Assembly (NCBI RefSeq): GCF_000725285.1
Contig: NZ_CP007161.1
Span: 581,911-605,910 of the forward strand
Length of the DNA stretch: 24,000 nt
Reading direction: 5' to 3'
From: Virgibacillus sp. SK37
Lineage (GTDB): Bacteria > Bacillota > Bacilli > Bacillales > Amphibacillaceae
The notes below the pieces were generated by a model. The model worked only from the letters and a program-made list of their open reading frames with translations. It had not been told where the DNA came from and made no database searches. Each line of letters begins with the position of its first letter. Positions within the stretch are counted from its first letter, which is position 1. Both the position numbers and the translations under genes were made by a program. Positions 8,952 to 17,699 of this stretch are shown here, one piece after another.

Positions 8952-9100
8952 TAACATTTTGCTAACGCAATCTCATAAAAAACGGTAAATCACCGTTAAA
9001 GATGTTACAACCAACAACATCAAAAACGTTGATTTACCGCGCTTTTTGCATTCTACGTTAACGATATTACACACTCTCAGCTTACGGGCGGCATGATGTA
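8952..9100 (+). repeat. Copy A of a 149-bp direct-repeat module (partner at 18911-19059)
   Basis: Ungapped hand alignment at offset 9,959 gives 114/149 identical. The first 17 nt (TAACATTTTGCTAACGC) and last 15 nt (GGGCGGCATGATGTA) are identical. The internal motif GAT(G/A)TTACA occurs at 9001-9009 and 9063-9071. Weaker similarity extends left to about 8932. Confidence 0.85.
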
Positions 9101-9238
9101 GGAGATTTCCTACACGTCCAACCTAGCTTTTTGTGAAGCTGTTTAATGTATAAATGTAAGCGTAAAATAAAACACACATAGGAATCAGGTGGCCGCCATG
9201 AGATAATCTCTTTAGAAATTAACTCGGGAGGTTACGCA

Positions 9239-9565
9239 ATGACCCTGAAAGACAAAAGAATAGAATGGAAAGCGCGCTATAATGCCTGGAAAGATAGTGG
9301 CAAGAATATTGCTGAATGGTGCCGTGAACAAGAAATCAATGCTCATCCTATGTATTACGGGGTGCGGCAGTTTGAAACCGAACAGGTTTCGCTAGAATCG
9401 GAGTCCACTCAATGGCTGTCAGTCCAATTAGAAGAAGAATCCCTTTCTTCAGAAGGACAAGGGCCGATCTTTATTCATAAGGATTCTCTCTCGGTAGAAG
9501 TACGGCCAGGAGCTGATATGGGCTTACTATCCGATATCATGCATCTTTTACATAAGCAATGCTAA
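9239..9565 (+). CDS. tnpA: IS66-family accessory protein TnpA (108 aa, HTH-like)
   Basis: First ORF of the IS66 unit. Its stop overlaps the tnpB start (ATGCTAA at 9559-9565). Confidence 0.8.
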   Translation: MTLKDKRIEWKARYNAWKDSGKNIAEWCREQEINAHPMYYGVRQFETEQVSLESESTQWLSVQLEEESLSSEGQGPIFIHKDSLSVEVRPGADMGLLSDIMHLLHKQC

Positions 9566-9915
9566 CCAATACCTCTTATGATCGAGTTTATCTAGCCCGT
9601 GGGAGTACTGATCTTCGAAAGTCCATTGATGGATTAGCGGTCATCGTGAAAGAATGTTTTGACCTGGATCCCTTTTCTCCCAGCCTCTTCGTATTCTGTA
9701 ATCGAAAACGGGATAAGTTGAAAATCCTACAGTGGGAACACAATGGGTTTTGGCTTCATTACCGTAGGTTGGAACGGGGAACTTTTCATTGGCCCTCCGA
9801 GAAAGACGCTTCCCCTATGGATGTCAGTCCGCGCCAACTTCGTTGGTTATTGGATGGTTTGTCTCTAGAACAGAAAAAGGCCCACCATGAAGTAAAAGCC
9901 CGTACCATTCTATAA
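9559..9915 (+). CDS. tnpB: IS66-family Orf2/TnpB (118 aa)
   Basis: RVYLARGSTDLRKSIDGLAVIV...FVFCNRKRDKLKIL...GFWL is the characteristic IS66 Orf2 sequence. Translationally coupled to tnpA. Confidence 0.85.
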   Translation: MLTNTSYDRVYLARGSTDLRKSIDGLAVIVKECFDLDPFSPSLFVFCNRKRDKLKILQWEHNGFWLHYRRLERGTFHWPSEKDASPMDVSPRQLRWLLDGLSLEQKKAHHEVKARTIL

Positions 9916-9982
9916 AAGAGTGAAAGATATAAATACGAGAATTCGACTAGTCAAGTCGGATTCTTTTTCGTATACTTAATCT

Positions 9983-11560
9983 ATGAAAACGAACGAAGGA
10001 AAATCCAACAAATCAATTGAATATTACATGGAGCGCACGGAAACGTTAGAAATGGAGAATGAAGCGTTGGAAGCGAAACTAAAATGGTATGAAGAACAAT
10101 TTCGACTCAGCCAACAGCGCCAATTCGGATCTTCCAGCGAGAGAATTCACCCGGATCAACTCTCCCTTTTTAACGAAACGGAGGTAACAGCTGATTCGGC
10201 TGTTGAGGAGCCCTCGGTCGAGACGATTACCTACAAGCGCAAAAAGCAAAGTGGCCAGCGAGATAAGCAACTGGAGAACCTGCCGAAGGAAACGATTGAG
10301 TATCGTTTATCCGATGAGGAACAGGTCTGTTCGTGTTGCCAAGGTTCTCTCCATTCGATGAGCACGGAAGTGCGCAGAGAATTAAAAGTGATCCCCGCCC
10401 AAGTGAAAGTGGTGGAGCATGTACGTCATGTTTATAGTTGTCGTTATTGCGAGCGAAATGGCATACAAACACCTATCGTGACAGCAAGTATGCCAGAACC
10501 TGTATTTCCGGGAAGTCTGGCATCTCCATCTGCTATTGCTTATACCATGAACCAAAAGTATGTAGAGAGCATGCCTCTGTATCGGCAGGAGAAACATTGG
10601 GAACGCTTTGGCATTTCCATTCCACGGCAGACATTGGCCAATTGGATTACTTATGGGGCCAGCACCTGGCTCTCCCTTATTTACGAACAACTGCACACAC
10701 ATCTTTTAAACCAGGATAGCCTCCATGCGGATGAAACAACGCTGCAGGTTCTTTCCGAACCGGAACGCCCTGCCACGTCGACATCCTATATGTGGTTGTA
10801 TCGCACAGGAAGCGAAGGTCCGCCTATTGTTTTGTATGATTACCAGCAGACACGAGCAAGCAAGCATCCACGTCGCTTTCTAGATGGCTTTCAAGGATAC
10901 CTGCATGTCGATGGGTATGCTGGTTACAACGGCCTTCCCGGAGTAACGCTGGTTGGATGTTGGGCACATGCGCGCCGTAAATTTACTGATGCCCTCAAGG
11001 CATTACCTGAAAATGCGAGCACGACCAACTTGAAAGCGAAAGAGGGACTTGCCTTCTGTAATCAGCTGTTTAGCATTGAACGAGAATTAAAAGACGTCTG
11101 TGCTGACGAACGTTATAAAAAACGATTAGAGCGCAGCCAGCCAGTGCTGCAGGCTTTTTCAACATGGCTACGTGAACAGACACCACGCGTTCTGCCTAAA
11201 AGCGCTCTTGGCCAAGCAATCAAGTATTGTCGTAATCAATGGGATCGTTTAGGAGGATTCCTTAAGGATGGTCGTTTGGAAATCGATAACAATCGTGGAG
11301 AACGTTCCATTAAACCCTTCGTTATAGGAAGGAAAAACTGGTTGTTCAGTAATACAGCCAAAGGGGCAACCTCCAGCGCAATTGTTTATAGTATTGTGGA
11401 AACTGCAAAGGAAAATGGACTGAACCCATTTCATTATCTGGAATACTTATTTGAGAAGCTTCCCAATATGGATTACACAAACAGTGAAGACTTAAATCAG
11501 TTTCTGCCTTGGTCACCGACAATTCCGGAGGAATGTAGGGTCCCTAATAAAACTAAATAA
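9983..11560 (+). CDS. tnpC: IS66-family DDE transposase TnpC (525 aa)
   Basis: Leucine-zipper N-terminus, [12 protein letters not shown], zinc finger CSCC...[14 protein letters not shown] and CWAHARRKF blocks typical of IS66 transposases. Confidence 0.9.
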   Translation: MKTNEGKSNKSIEYYMERTETLEMENEALEAKLKWYEEQFRLSQQRQFGSSSERIHPDQLSLFNETEVTADSAVEEPSVETITYKRKKQSGQRDKQLENLPKETIEYRLSDEEQVCSCCQGSLHSMSTEVRRELKVIPAQVKVVEHVRHVYSCRYCERNGIQTPIVTASMPEPVFPGSLASPSAIAYTMNQKYVESMPLYRQEKHWERFGISIPRQTLANWITYGASTWLSLIYEQLHTHLLNQDSLHADETTLQVLSEPERPATSTSYMWLYRTGSEGPPIVLYDYQQTRASKHPRRFLDGFQGYLHVDGYAGYNGLPGVTLVGCWAHARRKFTDALKALPENASTTNLKAKEGLAFCNQLFSIERELKDVCADERYKKRLERSQPVLQAFSTWLREQTPRVLPKSALGQAIKYCRNQWDRLGGFLKDGRLEIDNNRGERSIKPFVIGRKNWLFSNTAKGATSSAIVYSIVETAKENGLNPFHYLEYLFEKLPNMDYTNSEDLNQFLPWSPTIPEECRVPNKTK

Positions 11561-11633
11561 ATCATAACAATAGTCCCCATCTAATTAAAGGTGGGGACTA
11601 TTTTACGCTTACGTATAAATAGTTAGTTAGAAG

Positions 11634-11671
11634 AAGACTACTTCCTAAGTAAAAGGAGGTAGTCTTTTTTT
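11634..11671 (+). terminator. Rho-independent terminator
   Basis: 13-bp stem AAGACTACTTCCT (11634-11646) / AGGAGGTAGTCTT (11654-11666) with one G-U pair and a 7-nt loop, followed by a T-run to 11671. Confidence 0.6.
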
Positions 11672-11812
11672 GTGTTGTTAAAATTTGCATATCAAGATTT
11701 TATGGAAGACCGAAAATTTAGAAACACTACCAAGGTTAATATTCAAAATTACAAAGTTTTGTTAGGAGGATTTGTTAATTATTGTCAGGAGAACAAGTTT
11801 ACAACGTATTAG
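11672..11812 (+). pseudogene. N-terminal remnant (46 codons) of a tyrosine recombinase/phage integrase
   Basis: VLLKFAYQDFMEDRKFRNTTKVNIQNYKVLLGGFVNYCQENKFTTY* matches the SAM-like N-terminal core-binding pattern of Firmicute integrases (F..F...R......T...Y...L..F..YC). It ends at TAG 11810-11812, and no integrase catalytic domain follows in any frame. Confidence 0.5.
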
Positions 11813-11964
11813 AACTCTTCTAAATTACAATTTAATAATGAGATTGATAATTTCACTTTGGATAAGCTCGTGGTTTGCCTTTATAACATACCACTTATTG
11901 GTATATTCCTGTATAATAGAATTAGAAATTCTGCGCTTATTATGATAAGGACGGGTGCATGTGA

Positions 11965-12525
11965 ATGATTGATAAATTCAAGGATTTTATTATAAGTGTA
12001 CTAGCCTCTTTAGTAGCTACATTTTTAACCACATATGCTTACCATTTTATACAGATTGGGAAGGCTTTAGACTTCAGGGGATTTATAAATATAGTTATTA
12101 ACTACACATACTTAGTATATTGGATATTATTATTATTACTGGTGATTATTGTTCGTTGGTTTATAAGAACTAGAATTGATAAGTTACAAATACCCTATCC
12201 TATGGTAAGGAGTATAGGAAGTCGCTATGATTTAGAATACAGTGGAGAAGGGTATGGATTCAAGTGGAAGATATATGCGGATACTAAACGTAAAGATCCA
12301 TTTTCTAATGAAATAATGGATATAAATGTAGGTAGAGTAGATGGCCCCTATTGTAAAAATGATTATAGAAGAATGATAGTATCAAGAACATATTTTGGAA
12401 GGTATAGATATAAGTGTCCTAAATGTGGTTATAAAAGAATCCTATTAAAAAATATTTGGACACTTGAGTGTGATATTGAAGATGAAATTGAGGCTAAATA
12501 TAGGGCTAAGGTTAATACCATATAA
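11965..12525 (+). CDS. Hypothetical membrane protein (186 aa): two N-terminal TM helices plus a Cys-knuckle C-terminal domain
   Basis: Hydrophobic segments FIISVLASLVATFLTTYAYHFI and TYLVYWILLLLLVIIVRWFI. C-terminus is GPYC-x20-CPKCG-x16-C. No enzymatic motif recognised. Confidence 0.55.
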   Translation: MIDKFKDFIISVLASLVATFLTTYAYHFIQIGKALDFRGFINIVINYTYLVYWILLLLLVIIVRWFIRTRIDKLQIPYPMVRSIGSRYDLEYSGEGYGFKWKIYADTKRKDPFSNEIMDINVGRVDGPYCKNDYRRMIVSRTYFGRYRYKCPKCGYKRILLKNIWTLECDIEDEIEAKYRAKVNTI

Positions 12526-12707
12526 AAATTATGCTCATAATTGTTTGGAAGGTAACAAGGAAAAACCACCTAATCCATGTATAGAAATATGGGCTGTATG
12601 TTAACTATAAAAACATCATTAGTTCAGGCGGAAGATTAACACTAATACAGTGTACTTATGTTTTTATTTTTCATTACAAAGACTGAGCATTGAAAGGAGT
12701 TCACCCA

Positions 12708-14312
12708 TTGATAGAAAAAGTAATTATTAAAAACTATAAATCTATTGATTATCTAGATTTAAAATTAGACGACACAATAAATATTCTTGTTGGTAATAAT
12801 GAACAAGGAAAATCTACTATATTAGAAGCCGTTAATTTAGCACTAACTAGTACATTAAATAAGAGAAATATACATAATGAACTAAATCCATTTCTTTTTA
12901 ATAAGACTGTTGTTGAAGATTACATAAAAAACATTAGTAAAAATAAGCGTGTAATCCCACCTAGCATACTTATAGAAATATATTTAAAGGAAGATAATCA
13001 GAATGCATCTTTGAAGGGGTCAAACAATTCAATTAAAGAAAATGCATGTGGCATTAGTTTTTCCATAGAATTTGATGATGACTACACTGAAGAATATCAA
13101 CAATACATAGAACAATCGACTAATATAAGAAATATACCGATAGAGTATTATAAAATTAATTGGTATTCCTTTGCATCTAATCCAATAACTTCACGAAGCA
13201 ATCCTATTAAATGTGTATTAATTGATCCAACGGAAGGAAAGGCATGGAACGGAACAGACAGGTATATTTCAAGTGTAATTGGTGATACCCTAGACCCTAA
13301 ACAGCGCGCAACTTTAAATTTTAATTTTAGGGATATTAAAGAGAATTTCTCTCAAGTTGAATCTATATCAAAGATTAATAGTACACTCTCTAAAAAAACA
13401 GGTGATATCTCAGATAAAGAACTTGCTATTTCTCTAGATATATCTCAAAAGAATGGATGGGAATCCAATTTGACTGCTTATCTGGATGATATACCTTTTG
13501 ATTTCATTGGGAAAGGTGAGCAAAACTCGGTAAAATTGAAGTTATCACTCGAATCAAATGCTGAAGAGGCTCAAGTAATCTTAATTGAAGAACCAGAAAA
13601 TCACTTATCTCATTCAAATATGCAAAAATTAATTAATCAAATCTCCGAAAAATGTGAAGGGAAACAGTTAATAATTACAACACATAGTACTTACGTTTTA
13701 AATAAACTTGGTTTAGATAAAGTAGTATTGATGAATAATGGAAAACACATAACATTAAGAGATTTAAATGAGGATACTTATAATTATTTTAAAAAGTTAC
13801 CCGGTTACGATACACTTAGATTATTGCTAGCTGATAAGGCTATTTTAGTAGAAGGCCCATCAGATGAGTTAATTGTTCAAAAGGCATATCTTCAAAAACA
13901 TAATAGGCTTCCTATCGAAGATGGTATAGATATTATTACTGTAAGAGGATTATCATTTAAGCGCTTTCTTGAGATAGCTGATCTTCTAAATAAAGAGGTT
14001 GCTGTTGTTACCGATAATGATGGAGACATTGTTAAGCACATTATTGAAAAATATGGTGATCATTACCTAAAACATCCAACAATCAAAATTTGCTATAGTG
14101 ACGACACGAGATATGCAACGTTAGAACCACAGTTGGTATCAGCAAATGAGTTATCTATATTAAATGATATTTTAGGGAAGGATTATACATCAGAGGCTGA
14201 GCTTATTAAATTTATGACAAGTTCAGGTAATAAAAGTGAGTGTGCAATGCGTATTTTTGATTCAAACCAAAAAATTATTATACCGGGGTATATAAATGAT
14301 GCAATTCAATAA
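12708..14312 (+). CDS. gajA: Gabija GajA: OLD-family ATPase-TOPRIM endonuclease
   Basis: N-terminal ABC/AAA ATPase (IKNYKSI...LVGNNEQGKST; Walker B VILIEEPENHLSH; TTHS). C-terminal TOPRIM (ILVEGPSDE ... VVTDNDGD). Immediately followed by, and overlapping, a UvrD-like gene. I prefer the TTG at 12708 (AAAGGAG 8 nt upstream) over the track start at 12690. Confidence 0.85.
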   Translation: MIEKVIIKNYKSIDYLDLKLDDTINILVGNNEQGKSTILEAVNLALTSTLNKRNIHNELNPFLFNKTVVEDYIKNISKNKRVIPPSILIEIYLKEDNQNASLKGSNNSIKENACGISFSIEFDDDYTEEYQQYIEQSTNIRNIPIEYYKINWYSFASNPITSRSNPIKCVLIDPTEGKAWNGTDRYISSVIGDTLDPKQRATLNFNFRDIKENFSQVESISKINSTLSKKTGDISDKELAISLDISQKNGWESNLTAYLDDIPFDFIGKGEQNSVKLKLSLESNAEEAQVILIEEPENHLSHSNMQKLINQISEKCEGKQLIITTHSTYVLNKLGLDKVVLMNNGKHITLRDLNEDTYNYFKKLPGYDTLRLLLADKAILVEGPSDELIVQKAYLQKHNRLPIEDGIDIITVRGLSFKRFLEIADLLNKEVAVVTDNDGDIVKHIIEKYGDHYLKHPTIKICYSDDTRYATLEPQLVSANELSILNDILGKDYTSEAELIKFMTSSGNKSECAMRIFDSNQKIIIPGYINDAIQ

Positions 14313-15414
14313 CAAAGTTATTATTGCTGCAGCAGGTTCAGGAAAATCATCAGATCTAGTTGAAAAAGCATTGAAAAATAATGACAAAAGGATATTGATA
14401 ACAACATTTACAATAGATAATACAAAAGAAATTGAGAAAAAGTTTTTTGATAAAATTGGATATGTCCCTAAGAATGTTGTGGTTCAAACATGGTATTCCT
14501 TCCTACTAAGAGAATGTGTAAGGCCTTATCAAAACTTCTTATACGATAAAAAAAGAATTGAAAATATAAAATTTGTTAATGGTCAATCTACACTATATAT
14601 AGCTAAAACGGAAGTTGAAAAGTACTATTTTCGTGATGGAAAATATATTTATACTGACAAGTTGTGTGATTTCGTGCTTGAGGTTAATAAAATATCAAAC
14701 GGTTTGGTTATTGATCGATTAGAGAGTATATATGATATCCTAATGGTAGATGAGGTACAGGATCTAGCTGGAACAGATTTAGATTTTCTATATTTATTAT
14801 TAAAATCTAATATACATAACATTATAGTTGGAGATAACCGACAGGCTACCTACTTCACTAATAATTCAAGGAAAAACAAAAAATATAGGGGACAAACCAT
14901 TTTTGACTTGTTTAGTGATTGGCAGAAGGAAGGCTTCTGTTCTATTGTTTATAAGACAGAATGTTTCCGATGTAACCAATTAATCTGTGATATAGCAGAT
15001 TCACTTTATCCCCAAATGCCTAAAACAAATTCCATGAATGATATGGAGACTGGACACGATGGTGTTTTTTACATTCGAAGCAGTGAAGTTCTTGAATATG
15101 CAAAAAAATATTCTCCTGTTGTATTGAGATATGATAAAAGGACTAAGAATATACCAGATAATTTTACACCTTTAAATTTTGGAAAGTCTAAAGGATTGAC
15201 GTTTGATAGAGTCTTTATTTATCCAAATGGACCTATTCATAAATTTTTAAAAGGTAATTATGAGGCTATTAGTAGTCCAAAAACTAAAGCAGGCTTATAT
15301 GTTGCTTTAACAAGAGCGAGGTTCAGTGTTGCGTTTGTAACTGACCAAAAGGTAATTTCAAATGAGTTTGTTGAAGAATTCACTCTAAGAGATAGTGAAG
15401 GAATGACTGTTTAA
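14296..15414 (+). CDS. gajB: Gabija GajB: compact UvrD/PcrA-like SF1 helicase (372 aa)
   Basis: Walker A AAAGSGKSS, MVDEVQDL, GDNRQAT, FGKSKGLTFDRV, LYVALTRAR. The start overlaps the gajA stop by 17 nt. Confidence 0.8.
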   Translation: MMQFNNKVIIAAAGSGKSSDLVEKALKNNDKRILITTFTIDNTKEIEKKFFDKIGYVPKNVVVQTWYSFLLRECVRPYQNFLYDKKRIENIKFVNGQSTLYIAKTEVEKYYFRDGKYIYTDKLCDFVLEVNKISNGLVIDRLESIYDILMVDEVQDLAGTDLDFLYLLLKSNIHNIIVGDNRQATYFTNNSRKNKKYRGQTIFDLFSDWQKEGFCSIVYKTECFRCNQLICDIADSLYPQMPKTNSMNDMETGHDGVFYIRSSEVLEYAKKYSPVVLRYDKRTKNIPDNFTPLNFGKSKGLTFDRVFIYPNGPIHKFLKGNYEAISSPKTKAGLYVALTRARFSVAFVTDQKVISNEFVEEFTLRDSEGMTV

Positions 15415-15483
15415 GCTTAAATCTCCTATCAGTCAATTAACTCATAGGCACTAAATGCCTTGAATTTAATATACTTTTAACCT

Positions 15484-15492
15484 TGGTATAAT
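15484..15492 (+). promoter_or_regulatory. Candidate extended -10 promoter element (TGgTATAAT) for the ATPase-RT operon
   Basis: TGGTATAAT at 15484-15492 lies in the 228-nt gap after gajB. No good -35 at 17-bp spacing (TTGAAT at 15460-15465 is 21 nt away). Confidence 0.3.
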
Positions 15493-15642
15493 TTTAAAAA
15501 TAAGTAACTGTAGAGATAAATAAGATAAAAATAAAAACTATAGTTTTGAATATTGTTTGAAATATGTATAAAAACTGCAAAATAATTGAGGTTACAATTT
15601 GGAATAAAGATATTTGGCAAAGAGTAACTAGGAGATTAGAGT

Positions 15643-17643
15643 ATGCTAAAAAGAGTAAAATTAGTGAACTGCAAGTCTATCAAGAAAGTAGATATAAAGA
15701 TTGATAAAAACAACTGTATTATTGGCCAAAATGGAGTAGGTAAAACAACCTTTATAAAAGCCTTACAATACTTTTATAACTCTCTTGAAGGCAAGAAAAG
15801 TGATTTTATAATCTTTGATAAAAATAATCCTTATAATGAATTTGCTGAAATTGAGCTAATCTTTGATTATAAATACTTTGTCAATGTATATGAAGTTTAT
15901 TGGTTAAAAAAAATTATTGGTGAGATGAAGCAAAGCGATTTTATGGATAATATAGGAGAATTAATTTCCTTTGTAGACAGAAATAATATGTTAGCAATTA
16001 GATTATATATAGATAAAGAAGGTAATACAGAATGGGCACCGAGATTATCCTTTGAATTACGTAAAGTACTTAAAACAATTTACCCATTTTACTATATATC
16101 AATTAAAAATAATGATCATACAAATTGGGAAACACTATGGGAAATGGTTGGAGATATGGCTAAACTCCCAAGCTTTAACTTAGAAGAGGATCTTGGTGAT
16201 TTAATATACCAACAATATGGTGAGTCATATAGGAAAATTATAGATATATTAAGAGATAAACTTGATAGAAATAATATAGTAATTAGTCCTTTTACCAATC
16301 AAGAGAAGTTCTTAAATGCAATCAAGCTACAATTAGGTGGGGAGAAACTAAGGTATAAATATAAAGAGTTGAGTTACTTTTCTGAAGGGACAAACTCATT
16401 TAATTATCTACAGTTATTTTGTAGTTTAGTGGCAAAAATAGCAGAACAAAAATTAAAGATTCCATTACTATTAATTGATGAGCCAGAAGTAGGATTGCAT
16501 CCGAAGTATATAGACGATTTAATGAGTAATTTAATCAGAGATGAAAATAAAAGTCAAAGTATTATAGTTACACATGCCCCTAGAGTATTAAAAAATGTTA
16601 TTAAGAAAACCCAAGATTACAACATTTTACATGCAACCAACCAGATGAATGGTTATGCAGACATAACGACAATTTATCAATTCCAAGACCATAGGGAAAG
16701 AAATATATTATCAGATGAAGAATCTAGCTACTATTTTTCTGAACAAATTGTATTTGTTGAAGGTGATACAGAATTAGAGTTGTTTGACAATAATAACTTG
16801 CTAACTCTTTTTCCATTTTTAAAAAAAATAGACTTTTACTCATTCGAAGGGAAGACTGTAAAAATTTCAACAATACACCCAGATATTAGAAATACGAAAA
16901 TCCCATATATAATTATAGTAGATAATGATTATATCTTTGAAGTTGATTATGCTGGAAAGGTATTGCTAAAAAATGGGCAAAAGGATTTCCTAAATCCACT
17001 GGACAATGTAAGATTTAAAAAGCAGCATGAGAAAGAAATGTTTCACTTTGGGGGAAATGGAAAATTATATGATATAAGAATGAAAATAAATTCATTAAGT
17101 TCATATACATATAGTTTAGATAAGTATTGGTGTATAGTTTATGGGGATTATTTTAAAACATTTAAGGAATTGATTAAGCTTTATTGTTTAAAATATAAAG
17201 TTTATCCAGTTAATACAACCATTGAAGGTTCTTTAGTCAATTACAATAATTTAGAGTTATTTAGAGATTGGTTAATAGCTAATAATCCACATGACCAAAA
17301 TCAAATTAATGACTTATTTAATATCTCAAATAATAAAGAAGCTTTATCAACCGCATTTCGTCTTATTGTTAATGGTAAATATGACACTTTGAAAAAGATA
17401 ATGAAAGATAACAGAACTAATTCCTTTCCTGATAACATTAGAAAGTCATATCTTTTAATTAATAGATTTAGACGCAGGTATGATAAAACCTCTGGCTGGG
17501 TATCTGCATGGTTAGATTATGTTTTTAGTAAAGAAATAAATATTCACAACACGAGAGAGGAACAAGAAAAGCAGTTTAGTATTTACTTTCCAGAACTTTA
17601 CGATATAATAAAAAATATATATAAGATGAGTAAGAGGGAGTAG
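15643..17643 (+). CDS. OLD-family ATPase-TOPRIM protein (666 aa), predicted retron effector
   Basis: Walker A GQNGVGKTT, Walker B LLLIDEPEVGLHP, IIVTHAP, then TOPRIM-like VFVEGDTELE ... IIIVDNDY. AGGAG lies 8 nt before the ATG. A retron-type RT lies 197-236 nt downstream on the same strand. Confidence 0.75.
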   Translation: MLKRVKLVNCKSIKKVDIKIDKNNCIIGQNGVGKTTFIKALQYFYNSLEGKKSDFIIFDKNNPYNEFAEIELIFDYKYFVNVYEVYWLKKIIGEMKQSDFMDNIGELISFVDRNNMLAIRLYIDKEGNTEWAPRLSFELRKVLKTIYPFYYISIKNNDHTNWETLWEMVGDMAKLPSFNLEEDLGDLIYQQYGESYRKIIDILRDKLDRNNIVISPFTNQEKFLNAIKLQLGGEKLRYKYKELSYFSEGTNSFNYLQLFCSLVAKIAEQKLKIPLLLIDEPEVGLHPKYIDDLMSNLIRDENKSQSIIVTHAPRVLKNVIKKTQDYNILHATNQMNGYADITTIYQFQDHRERNILSDEESSYYFSEQIVFVEGDTELELFDNNNLLTLFPFLKKIDFYSFEGKTVKISTIHPDIRNTKIPYIIIVDNDYIFEVDYAGKVLLKNGQKDFLNPLDNVRFKKQHEKEMFHFGGNGKLYDIRMKINSLSSYTYSLDKYWCIVYGDYFKTFKELIKLYCLKYKVYPVNTTIEGSLVNYNNLELFRDWLIANNPHDQNQINDLFNISNNKEALSTAFRLIVNGKYDTLKKIMKDNRTNSFPDNIRKSYLLINRFRRRYDKTSGWVSAWLDYVFSKEINIHNTREEQEKQFSIYFPELYDIIKNIYKMSKRE

Positions 17644-17699
17644 CAAGGAATATTAATATAGAGTATTCCATACCTTGAGACTTATATTCTCAGTATTTC

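Larger units (their letters stand above)
9156..11612 (+). mobile_element. IS66-family insertion sequence (2457 bp), complete with three ORFs
   Basis: Perfect 14-bp terminal inverted repeats GTAAGCGTAAAATA (9156-9169; reverse complement at 11599-11612). Perfect 8-bp target duplication GTATAAAT at 9148-9155 and 11613-11620. tnpA-tnpB-tnpC organisation. Visibly more GC-rich than the flanks. Confidence 0.92.

Noticed and set aside
8952-9100. The 149-bp module as a MITE (it has imperfect terminal inverted repeats, TAACATTTTGC / GCATGATGTA)
   Set aside because: No target-site duplication flanks either copy. Similarity between the copies continues about 20 nt to the left of the putative terminus, which independent MITE insertions would not give. 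This stays a minor alternative until genome-wide copy number is known.
10079-11434. ORFs 10079-10270(-), 10227-10472(-), 10382-10702(-), 10438-10719(+) and 11249-11434(-) inside the IS66 element
   Set aside because: All are nested within or antisense to the well-supported tnpC transposase ORF. They are a GC-rich frame-shadow effect.
15415-15642. The gajB-ATPase spacer as the location of the retron ncRNA, including the palindrome AAAACTATAGTTTT (15534-15547)
   Set aside because: The region is almost pure A/T with only short, weak pairings. The RT-proximal spacer (17644-17879) is far more structured and GC-rich and sits in the usual position relative to the RT.
16116-16298. 60-aa minus-strand ORF inside the ATPase-TOPRIM gene
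   Set aside because: It is antisense to a strongly supported ORF and has no signals.
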